This document shows, in pieces, positions 1 to 7,056 of a DNA stretch of 35,209 bases (position 1 is the stretch's first letter; every line of letters starts with the position of its first letter). A program made the position numbers and the translations under genes. The notes below the pieces were generated by a model. It ran no database searches and was not told the origin of the DNA. It saw nothing but the letters and a program-made list of their open reading frames with translations. The stretch lies in the IMG/VR virus record IMGVR_UViG_3300032087_003848. One strand, given 5' to 3'. Source of the stretch: an uncultured virus (IMG/VR IMGVR_UViG_3300032087_003848) (taxonomy: Duplodnaviria > Heunggongvirae > Uroviricota > Caudoviricetes).

Positions 1-1
1 G

Positions 2-52
2 CATTGTGAAATAACCCACGAATTATGCATGTCAGCAAAAGATGAGGTGTAA
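2..52 (+). CDS. 3' end of a CDS entering from the left edge (HCEITHELCMSAKDEV*)
   Basis: Open frame from the edge to TAA at 50-52; contains the SD of the next gene. Confidence 0.35.
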   Translation, partial: HCEITHELCMSAKDEV

Positions 53-55
53 ATA

Positions 56-193
56 ATGAAATGTAAATTATGTAAAGCGGAAATAGAGGGCTACGGTCAT
101 ATGTTAACAAAAGGTAATGGTGAATGGTATTGTTGTGATGCTTGTAATTACGCAATAGTATTGCCTGCAAGATTAAGGGGGGTTCATTATTGA
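56..193 (+). CDS. 45-aa putative Zn-binding protein (not in ORF track)
   Basis: GAGGTG at 44-49, ATG 56; MKCKLCKAEIEGYGHMLTKGNGEWYCCDACNYAIVLPARLRGVHY with CxxC...CCxxC; stop overlaps the next TTG start. Confidence 0.75.
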   Translation: MKCKLCKAEIEGYGHMLTKGNGEWYCCDACNYAIVLPARLRGVHY

Positions 194-561
194 AAGAATT
201 AATTAAAAAGAAAGTATTGGCTAAAAGTTGGACATTCAATGAAATATCTGATTTGACTGTAACAATAAAGGTTCTGTCTGAGGAAGTATGGTCGGAAATG
301 ACTCTTCTTGAAAGAATTGATTTAGTAAGAGATATTAGAATAAATGAAAACTTAGTAGGGTGGGATTTTGAACATGCTATTAGGGAAGTAGTGCTAACTT
401 CTCTTAAAGGAGAAATAGCAGAAGTGATTAAGAATATGCTAAGTAAAGCAACAATAAATTTTGGAGGGAATAATAATGAAATATCCGAGAGAAGTATGGG
501 CGGGAAGTCACATCAAGAACGCACCTCAGATGAAGAGGAAAATAGCGTGGTCGAGGAATGA
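190..561 (+). CDS. Hypothetical protein, 123 aa
   Basis: TTG start overlapping upstream TGA, G-rich SD; helical-looking sequence; 3' end overlaps the primase gene. Confidence 0.7.
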   Translation: MKELIKKKVLAKSWTFNEISDLTVTIKVLSEEVWSEMTLLERIDLVRDIRINENLVGWDFEHAIREVVLTSLKGEIAEVIKNMLSKATINFGGNNNEISERSMGGKSHQERTSDEEENSVVEE

Positions 562-1504
562 ATATGTTGAGTTTGTTAATGCTCAAAATAATAAAACCAA
601 TGTTTATACAACTGTATATGACTTTGAACATTTTTCAGAAAAAGCGAAAATAGAATCTTCTGTTGTTCTAGATAGAGTGTTTTTGGATTTTGACGGTCAT
701 GATAATGATTTAGATAGAGCGTGGAGAGATGTTAAAATGGTAATGCAAAAGGTTCTTGAGAATAATTGGGAATATACTCTTTTCTTTTCGGGAAGAGGAT
801 TCCATCTTTTCTTATTCGGTGAAAGAACAGATAACATAAGAAACATACAGGTTTTCTTTAGAGAAATTAAAAAGACTCTTGATGCTAACTTTTATCCTAA
901 TACTTTAGATGAAAGAGTGGGACAAACAACAAGATTGCGAAGAGTGCCAAATACAGTAAATATGTCATCCTCTGATGGTAAAGGTAATCCGTATTATTGT
1001 ATTCCTTTGACGAAAAATGAACTATCATTTACATTAGATGGTATTCTCGATTTAGCCTCAAAGCCTAGACATATTCCCTTCAAAAAAGGTGGTTCGGTTA
1101 AGGTAGTATTTCCTAAAGCACCCCCTCTTGAAGCGATAGGGGGTGAGGTTTCTGTGCCCGATACAATAGGAAAACTTCCTATACTACCGTGTTTACATAA
1201 TGCCATTATGGTTGAAAACCCCTCGCATATTGCTAGAGCATACCTAGTTTCTTGGTATCGAGATTTGCTTTCGGGATATAGAGATTTAACTTCACATTCG
1301 GATAAAAAGAAAGTTTTGGATTTAGTTGTTGAAGAATTAGAAAGAGTCTTTGCTGATTCCGATTCTGTTTGGTTAGATTGGGATAAAGATACTACCCGCA
1401 AACATTCTAAGTTTACTGTCTTTAATAATTACAATACACCTCATTGTGACAAACTAATTGGTGAAGGTTTCTGTATAGGAAAATGTTGGAGGTTTCCACA
1501 ATGA
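476..1504 (+). CDS. Archaeo-eukaryotic primase: PriS catalytic domain fused to a PriL-like Fe-S C-terminal domain
   Basis: Motifs FLDFD, FSGRGFH, D...RLRRVPNTVN; C-terminal LPC...H.AR.YL...PHCDKL...FC..KC. Start moved to ATG 476 behind GGAGG (463-467). Confidence 0.9.
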   Translation: MKYPREVWAGSHIKNAPQMKRKIAWSRNEYVEFVNAQNNKTNVYTTVYDFEHFSEKAKIESSVVLDRVFLDFDGHDNDLDRAWRDVKMVMQKVLENNWEYTLFFSGRGFHLFLFGERTDNIRNIQVFFREIKKTLDANFYPNTLDERVGQTTRLRRVPNTVNMSSSDGKGNPYYCIPLTKNELSFTLDGILDLASKPRHIPFKKGGSVKVVFPKAPPLEAIGGEVSVPDTIGKLPILPCLHNAIMVENPSHIARAYLVSWYRDLLSGYRDLTSHSDKKKVLDLVVEELERVFADSDSVWLDWDKDTTRKHSKFTVFNNYNTPHCDKLIGEGFCIGKCWRFPQ

Positions 1505-1824
1505 GAAAAAAACTAGATATGGAATTACTTAGGCAAATAACACAAGAAGAGTTAGAAAAAATTTCTGAAAATGAAATTTGGTTAAGTGAATTAGTTGAAG
1601 AGGTGGCTAACAGATATGCAAAACATACTCGTAATTATTATCCTCTCCATACTCTTACTTTTAGAAAAATAAAACAATCTGAATGTGTTGTTCGTAACAT
1701 AGCACAAAATTTTGGTTGGGTGGCTAAAAGAAAAAATCTTCAGGAGAGTTTTTTTATTAATGGAAAATTTTTTAGGAAACAAAAATACTTGTGCCGATTG
1801 TATAGATTACAGGAGGAAGAGTAA
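1501..1824 (+). CDS. Hypothetical basic protein, possibly nucleic-acid binding
   Basis: GGAGG at 1488-1492, ATGA overlap with the primase stop; K/R-rich. Confidence 0.7.
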   Translation: MRKKLDMELLRQITQEELEKISENEIWLSELVEEVANRYAKHTRNYYPLHTLTFRKIKQSECVVRNIAQNFGWVAKRKNLQESFFINGKFFRKQKYLCRLYRLQEEE

Positions 1825-2513
1825 TGTTAGTAATTGATTCAAGAGAAAACTCCAAACTATCTAAGTTGGTAATTCAAAAAGCGGAAGCAATAAGAATACC
1901 TTATGATAAAAAATGGATTGAGGTAGGAGACTATGTTTTTGATGATGTTTGTTTTGAAGCCAAATCAACAACAGATTTCTTAGGTTCAGTAATGACAAAG
2001 AGACTTTGGACTCAATTAGATAACATGGATAGACATTACAATACAAATGTTGTAATTATCTATGGAGATATGCAGGAAGCCATTCTAAATGTAATTCAGC
2101 ATTCTCCTAGTAAAATGCCTATTTCAACTAGAACAATTATGTTAAACAATAAGTTTCTAGGTGCAATAGGAAGAATTGTATTAGATACAGACATAAAGCC
2201 CTTTTGGGTTCAGACAGAAGAAGAAGCAGCATTAATAATAACCGCAGTAAGTAAAATGAAACCAATAACAAGAGACACAATAGCACCACAATTGTTTAAA
2301 AGAATTACAACAGATGATTTAAGAATAGATTTGTTAAGTAGCATAAAAGGCGTATCAATTAAAAAAGCAAAAGAATTAGTAAATAAATTCGGCTCTATTA
2401 TGGAAATAGGCGAGTGTTCAACATTTGAATTACAAGCCATTGAAGGTATTGGAGAAACCTTAGCCAAAAGAATAATCTCCACCTTAAATTCAGAAGAGAA
2501 GGTGAAAATATGA
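1824..2513 (+). CDS. XPF/Mus81/Hef-family (ERCC4) structure-specific endonuclease with tandem HhH
   Basis: IDSRE, GDY, EAKSTTDF (variant of ERKxxxD), RLWTQL; HhH motifs IKGVSIKKA and IEGIGETLA. Confidence 0.9.
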   Translation: MLVIDSRENSKLSKLVIQKAEAIRIPYDKKWIEVGDYVFDDVCFEAKSTTDFLGSVMTKRLWTQLDNMDRHYNTNVVIIYGDMQEAILNVIQHSPSKMPISTRTIMLNNKFLGAIGRIVLDTDIKPFWVQTEEEAALIITAVSKMKPITRDTIAPQLFKRITTDDLRIDLLSSIKGVSIKKAKELVNKFGSIMEIGECSTFELQAIEGIGETLAKRIISTLNSEEKVKI

Positions 2514-4045
2514 ATAATAATATGACAGACGAAGAAAAGGCAAACATCCTGTATGAGGATGTGGATGAATGGGAGAATTACGAAGAAACGCTAAATATGA
2601 ATGCAGCAGCATTTAGTGAAGCACTTCCGGCAGTAGTTAGAGAGTTTCAGAAATCAGCAATAGAAGTATCGCATTATAACGATATTCCTGCGGGCATTTC
2701 ATTCTTTAATATCTTAGGACAGGTTGTAAAAGATTTCGTTATTATCCCCAATGGAAGAAATCATGAAGATACAAGAATACATTTTTGTTGGGTTCAAACA
2801 AGTGGAACGGGTAAATCAACACTATGGAATTTCGTTGGACCGGTTGCTAATAAGACCTTTGAATTAATCAATAAAAGAGGCAAGCACCCTCCGTTCTTGA
2901 CAACTGATGAAAACAATTTACCCATGCCCATGCCAAGAATATTTGATACATTTGGTGTAACTGATTATACAGATGCGGTTCTTATTGGTGGGTATGAAAG
3001 CGTTCAACAGAAAGATGAAGTTGGTAATCTTCTTCCACAATGGGAACAAGAAAGAAGACCCGGTATCTTAGAAGGTAATGGATTAGCCCATTGGGATGAA
3101 TTTGAATACTCCGGTATATTCTCAACTAGCGCACATAAAGAAAATGCAATTGTATATCTAAACACATTGATGAATTCTTTAGCAGGTGAATCTTGGATTA
3201 TATCTAAGGCTCTTAGAGAATACAGTGGTAAAGTAATGGAGTGTTACTGTGAACGTTCAGTATTGGCTATGACTTACCCTCCAAGTAACTTGAATGATGT
3301 TATGGCTCAAAAAGGTGTATTACAGAGAATGTTATTGTATGTTTGGGAAGTCCCCGAATTTATTCAGCATCAAATGAGACTTAAGCAAATAGAAAAAGCA
3401 GGAACAGTCGAAGAAGTAAATCAACCAATTGATAGATTCGCAGAGGCTCTATTTTCTCTTTATGAATTAACAAGAGAAAGATTCAATGAAGTAGGCGGCG
3501 ACCCTCTTAAAACTATTAGTTACACTAAAGACTTCAATCAAGTATTAGCACTAGAATACAACAGTATGAGAAATTATCTCATGAATACTAGAAAAGATGT
3601 GGCTAAGATTGCAGGTAACTTCACTACTAGACTAATGAAGATATTATACAAGATGTCGGTTCTTTGTTCAATTGCTTCTGCTCCTTCAATTAAGGATAAG
3701 GATAAGCGATTTATTGTTACGGGTTTGAATGTTAGACAAGCGGCTACCATCGTGCGACACAGTTATATGACACTTGTGGATTGGTTAGAACGAAGCCTAA
3801 GAGTTAAGAGAAGGGGCCAAGCGATTGATGCACAAGAAGATGTATTTACTCAAGTGTTTGATAAAATGGCGGCAACTTCCAAAGATGGTTTAGTAAACAA
3901 AGCGGCATATCTCAAAGAAGTGATGAAGAAACTTAAAAAATCACAGGCACAGGTGTATAGGCAGTATAATCACATTAAGCACAATTTTGAAGAAGAGAAG
4001 CATGGTCGCAGCAATTACATAAGAAAGAAAGAGGTTGAGGAATAA
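2510..4045 (+). CDS. MCM-like AAA+ helicase lacking the canonical N-terminal domain
   Basis: Walker A QTSGTGKS; PGILEGNGLAHWDEF resembles the MCM Walker B region; GVLQR arginine finger; TRL sensor-2-like; likely C-terminal winged helix. Confidence 0.75.
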   Translation: MNNNMTDEEKANILYEDVDEWENYEETLNMNAAAFSEALPAVVREFQKSAIEVSHYNDIPAGISFFNILGQVVKDFVIIPNGRNHEDTRIHFCWVQTSGTGKSTLWNFVGPVANKTFELINKRGKHPPFLTTDENNLPMPMPRIFDTFGVTDYTDAVLIGGYESVQQKDEVGNLLPQWEQERRPGILEGNGLAHWDEFEYSGIFSTSAHKENAIVYLNTLMNSLAGESWIISKALREYSGKVMECYCERSVLAMTYPPSNLNDVMAQKGVLQRMLLYVWEVPEFIQHQMRLKQIEKAGTVEEVNQPIDRFAEALFSLYELTRERFNEVGGDPLKTISYTKDFNQVLALEYNSMRNYLMNTRKDVAKIAGNFTTRLMKILYKMSVLCSIASAPSIKDKDKRFIVTGLNVRQAATIVRHSYMTLVDWLERSLRVKRRGQAIDAQEDVFTQVFDKMAATSKDGLVNKAAYLKEVMKKLKKSQAQVYRQYNHIKHNFEEEKHGRSNYIRKKEVEE

Positions 4046-4266
4046 TGAAGTGGGAAAACACATATTTAGTTTTTGAAGTAGCAAAAGGACCAAAGGTAAT
4101 CATTGAAACTTTGAATACCTATGGTGATGATGGTTGGGAATGTTGTTCTCAACTAATTGTCGCAGGTTCTCAAATAGTCTGTTTCTTGAAAAGAAGACTT
4201 GATGCACCGGAACCGGTAAACAAGGAAGAAGAAAAGATTAGCAAACTTTGGTCTAATAAGGAATGA
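4045..4266 (+). CDS. DUF4177-like small protein
   Basis: MKWE...LNTYGDDGWE...FLKR pattern. Confidence 0.7.
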   Translation: MKWENTYLVFEVAKGPKVIIETLNTYGDDGWECCSQLIVAGSQIVCFLKRRLDAPEPVNKEEEKISKLWSNKE

Positions 4267-4270
4267 TAAT

Positions 4271-4864
4271 ATGTCTGTATTAGCATTAGATATTGAAACA
4301 AAAAATATGTCGCATGAAATAGGCGGCTTTGGTAATACCCATATGTTTCAAGTATCAACAGTCGCTACATGGGATGGCAATAACGGAACGGTTTATGTTG
4401 ATGAGCCTGTTGATAACTTTGCTAAATCCGGCCACACTATCAAAAGCCTTAGACAATTAAAGTATGACTTAGATGACCATTTACAGAAAGGTGGAGTTTT
4501 GCTAGGGCATAATATAGCAGCATTTGATTTACCTATTCTTAGAGATTCTTTAGATATTTATTGTGTTAGAAAATACTTATCTGAAAAGAAGTATATTGAT
4601 ACTAGCAAAATATTATTGAAAGAACATGGAGAAAGATTTCAACTCAAGAATTTAGTAAAATGCACTATGAATGATTCTAAATTAATGGATAGTGCTGATG
4701 CGCCTAAATTGTGGAAAATGGGTAAATTTGATGAAGTGGTGGATTATTGTATGAAAGATACACAGTTAGTATATGATTTGTGGAAATATGGTAAAGATAA
4801 TGGAATAGTGAAGGCTTTTTCATTAGAACAATCAGAACATAAAGACTTGGAGGTGAATTGGTAA
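4271..4864 (+). CDS. Stand-alone DEDDy 3'-5' exonuclease (DnaQ/RNase H fold)
   Basis: ExoI LDIET, ExoII GHNIAAFD, ExoIII YCMKD. Confidence 0.88.
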   Translation: MSVLALDIETKNMSHEIGGFGNTHMFQVSTVATWDGNNGTVYVDEPVDNFAKSGHTIKSLRQLKYDLDDHLQKGGVLLGHNIAAFDLPILRDSLDIYCVRKYLSEKKYIDTSKILLKEHGERFQLKNLVKCTMNDSKLMDSADAPKLWKMGKFDEVVDYCMKDTQLVYDLWKYGKDNGIVKAFSLEQSEHKDLEVNW

Positions 4865-5016
4865 TGAACGGTTGGGAATGGTTTGGCCTAATTGTTTTCG
4901 TTATTGTTCTTCTTTTGTTGTTCTTTGCTGCTTTTGGTGGTAGTAATATTACTGATGAAAGCGTTGAAGATTACATGAGAAGATTAATGCGAAATGATAA
5001 AGGCGGTCAAAGATGA
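4864..5016 (+). CDS. 50-aa single-pass membrane protein (not in ORF track)
   Basis: GGAGGTGA SD, TAATG overlap; MNGWEWFGLIVFVIVLLLLFFAAFGGSNITDESVEDYMRRLMRNDKGGQR. Confidence 0.8.
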   Translation: MNGWEWFGLIVFVIVLLLLFFAAFGGSNITDESVEDYMRRLMRNDKGGQR

Positions 5017-5171
5017 CTTTAAAACAAAAATGTATTTTTTGTGGAGAATCAACTATTGCTAAAAGAATTTCTGGTTTTTATTTAGGTTCTAGCGAACAAA
5101 TAAAATTATGGGAATGTCGTAGTTGTAAAGGCATTTGGTCTAACAAAACAAAACTTGGAGGGGAGGCTTAA
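5013..5171 (+). CDS. 52-aa zinc-ribbon protein with TFIIS/TFS-like spacing (not in ORF track)
   Basis: ATGA overlap; MTLKQKCIFCGESTIAKRISGFYLGSSEQIKLWECRSCKGIWSNKTKLGGEA = CxxC-x24-CxxC-xxx-W. Confidence 0.75.
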   Translation: MTLKQKCIFCGESTIAKRISGFYLGSSEQIKLWECRSCKGIWSNKTKLGGEA

Positions 5172-5193
5172 CGGCTTCCCCTCCATTTTTTTT
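5156..5193 (+). terminator. Hairpin plus T8 terminator at the convergence of the replication and structural operons
   Basis: TGGAGGGGAGGC-TTAACG-GCTTCCCCTCCA (12-bp stem with one G-U pair) then TTTTTTTT; A-rich run upstream could serve the minus strand. Confidence 0.8.
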
Positions 5194-5237
5194 GGCTTTT
5201 TGAATTCTGATAATCGGTTTCGTTAAAGTCCCTATTA

Positions 5238-6686
5238 TCAGTTTCCTATAATGTAATAGCCTGTTTGAAGTGGAACTACACTATCTGTAACTGCTTGAAC
5301 AGTAACATGTTGTCCAACAGGTAAATCAATTTGAGTGGCAGTAGTAACTAAAGCATGTGTAGTTAACCCTCCATCAAAAGGATGACCTCCTTGAATAGTA
5401 ATATCAATTGGATTTGAACCCACATTACGAATTGTAAATACTGCATGATTAACAGTAATAGGGTCGGGTAATTCAACAATATTACTATTTCCGGGAGGAC
5501 TTGCTGAAGGTGCATTACTAATATCAAAAACATAAACAATGCTATTTACTCCTGACATTGTAACTTGACCGGTTGTAGTTTGGTCTAACGCTTCGGGAAC
5601 TTGAAACATTAGTCCTTGTGTGGTTAAAGACGCTTGACCGATAGTATTAGCACCCGTTAAAGTAGTAGTAGCAGTTATTGTTGTTGAAGCGGTTATTGCG
5701 CCTGTAACTGCTAATGTGGAACCATCAAAAGTAGCGTTTGCTTCAGCATTCATTCCATCTGTGCCGGTAGCCGTAACTACTCTATTATTAGCACCATTAG
5801 TCATAAAATCTGAAACATCAACTGCAATAGTAGCAGTTGAACCTTCAGCCGGAGTATGTGTTACATCTATTCCTGTTCCGGCAGAAACATCTGTCATATA
5901 ATTTCCAACAGTATCTGTTCCTAATGTAACACTATTTGCTTGTATAGTTGCTGCTCCACCCGCCGCTATTGCTATATCTCCTGAAACGTTTCCAAATATT
6001 GCGTCTTCTAAATTAGTAAAACTAATTTTCTTTTCAGTCCCATTATCTGAAAATACAAAATGGTCTTCTGTTTGATGTAGTCCTGTGCCACCTAATGCAG
6101 AATATCCATCAATATCTAAACCTATTCCATCTGTTGCAGAACTTGTTAGATACTGAATATGTCTTGTTGCCTTTGCTTCTCCCCTTTGCATTCTTAATAC
6201 TGCAATAGGAATATCTCCGTCATTTAAATCTGCTACTTTATCCACACCGGGAGATTGTCTGATTTTAACTGCGTTTGTTGAATCAACTACAATAAGATGA
6301 TAGCGATTAGCACCGGAAGAATCAGCAGTTACTTCTTGAAATTGAATAGAAGTATCAGTCATACTACCACTATGAATTATTTCTGTAATTGTTGCTTCAG
6401 TAGTTGCATTCATTAAAACTCCGCCTCTAATTACTTTACCTGTTCTAACTGTAATTACAGTTAGACCCGATGAATCATTCATTTGCATATTGAAGTTTTT
6501 AGAACCTGTTCCTACACTAGCAGTTAAACCTGCATAGCCTGTTGTAGCCATAGCGTTTAATGCTTTAATTAGACCGGAATGTGGAAAATCAACTCCATCA
6601 ACCGGTTGTCCTGCTGAACCTTGATGCGTAAGATTATCTCCCATTTTTGTTATATATCCACTATTTATGTATTCATTATCTGCCAT
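5238..6686 (-). CDS. Tail fibre / receptor-binding protein
   Basis: Last gene of the tail module; T/G/A-rich beta repeats (GTDTVGNY, NNRVVTATG...AEANATFDGSTL); start at ATG 6686 behind GAGGTTG. Confidence 0.7.
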   Translation of the reverse strand: MADNEYINSGYITKMGDNLTHQGSAGQPVDGVDFPHSGLIKALNAMATTGYAGLTASVGTGSKNFNMQMNDSSGLTVITVRTGKVIRGGVLMNATTEATITEIIHSGSMTDTSIQFQEVTADSSGANRYHLIVVDSTNAVKIRQSPGVDKVADLNDGDIPIAVLRMQRGEAKATRHIQYLTSSATDGIGLDIDGYSALGGTGLHQTEDHFVFSDNGTEKKISFTNLEDAIFGNVSGDIAIAAGGAATIQANSVTLGTDTVGNYMTDVSAGTGIDVTHTPAEGSTATIAVDVSDFMTNGANNRVVTATGTDGMNAEANATFDGSTLAVTGAITASTTITATTTLTGANTIGQASLTTQGLMFQVPEALDQTTTGQVTMSGVNSIVYVFDISNAPSASPPGNSNIVELPDPITVNHAVFTIRNVGSNPIDITIQGGHPFDGGLTTHALVTTATQIDLPVGQHVTVQAVTDSVVPLQTGYYIIGN

Positions 6687-6687
6687 A

Positions 6688-7056
6688 TTAATCAACCTCG
6701 ACTGCTATAAAAAATTCTATTTCTTCACTTGCACTAAACGGGCCTATTCCTTCAAATGGTATTCTTAACAAAAGATTGTTGTCTGATGTTTCATCAGTTA
6801 TGCAAATTTCTCTTAGAGTCCTTTGTGTAATATTAGAATCACTTCCTTGAATAGTTATTTTGAAATCAACTACGTTCTCTCCCGATTTTACCGATGAAAT
6901 AGATACGCCATGTGCCGCACCGGAACCTCCCAATAAAGGAACATCTAAAGTAGTTTGAGAAGGACTTGAGCCATCCCCACCTGTTCCTACATTTCCTCTA
7001 GTAAAAGTGCTAACTAAATGTTGTGCTAAAATAGACTTTGCTGCATCTGTAATCAT
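6688..7056 (-). CDS. Small baseplate/fibre-attachment protein
   Basis: MITDAAK...VGTG...TTL...LREI resembles fibre N-terminal attachment modules; lies between hub and fibre. Confidence 0.55.
   Translation of the reverse strand: MITDAAKSILAQHLVSTFTRGNVGTGGDGSSPSQTTLDVPLLGGSGAAHGVSISSVKSGENVVDFKITIQGSDSNITQRTLREICITDETSDNNLLLRIPFEGIGPFSASEEIEFFIAVEVD

Noticed and set aside
428..4358. Minus-strand ORFs in the replication region (428..631, 994..1401, 1591..1782, 1861..2046, 2210..2482, 4170..4358)
   Set aside because: Antisense shadows of motif-bearing plus-strand genes; no domains of their own
5238..5500. DGR variable region at the fibre C-terminus
   Set aside because: No template repeat or reverse transcriptase seen in the window
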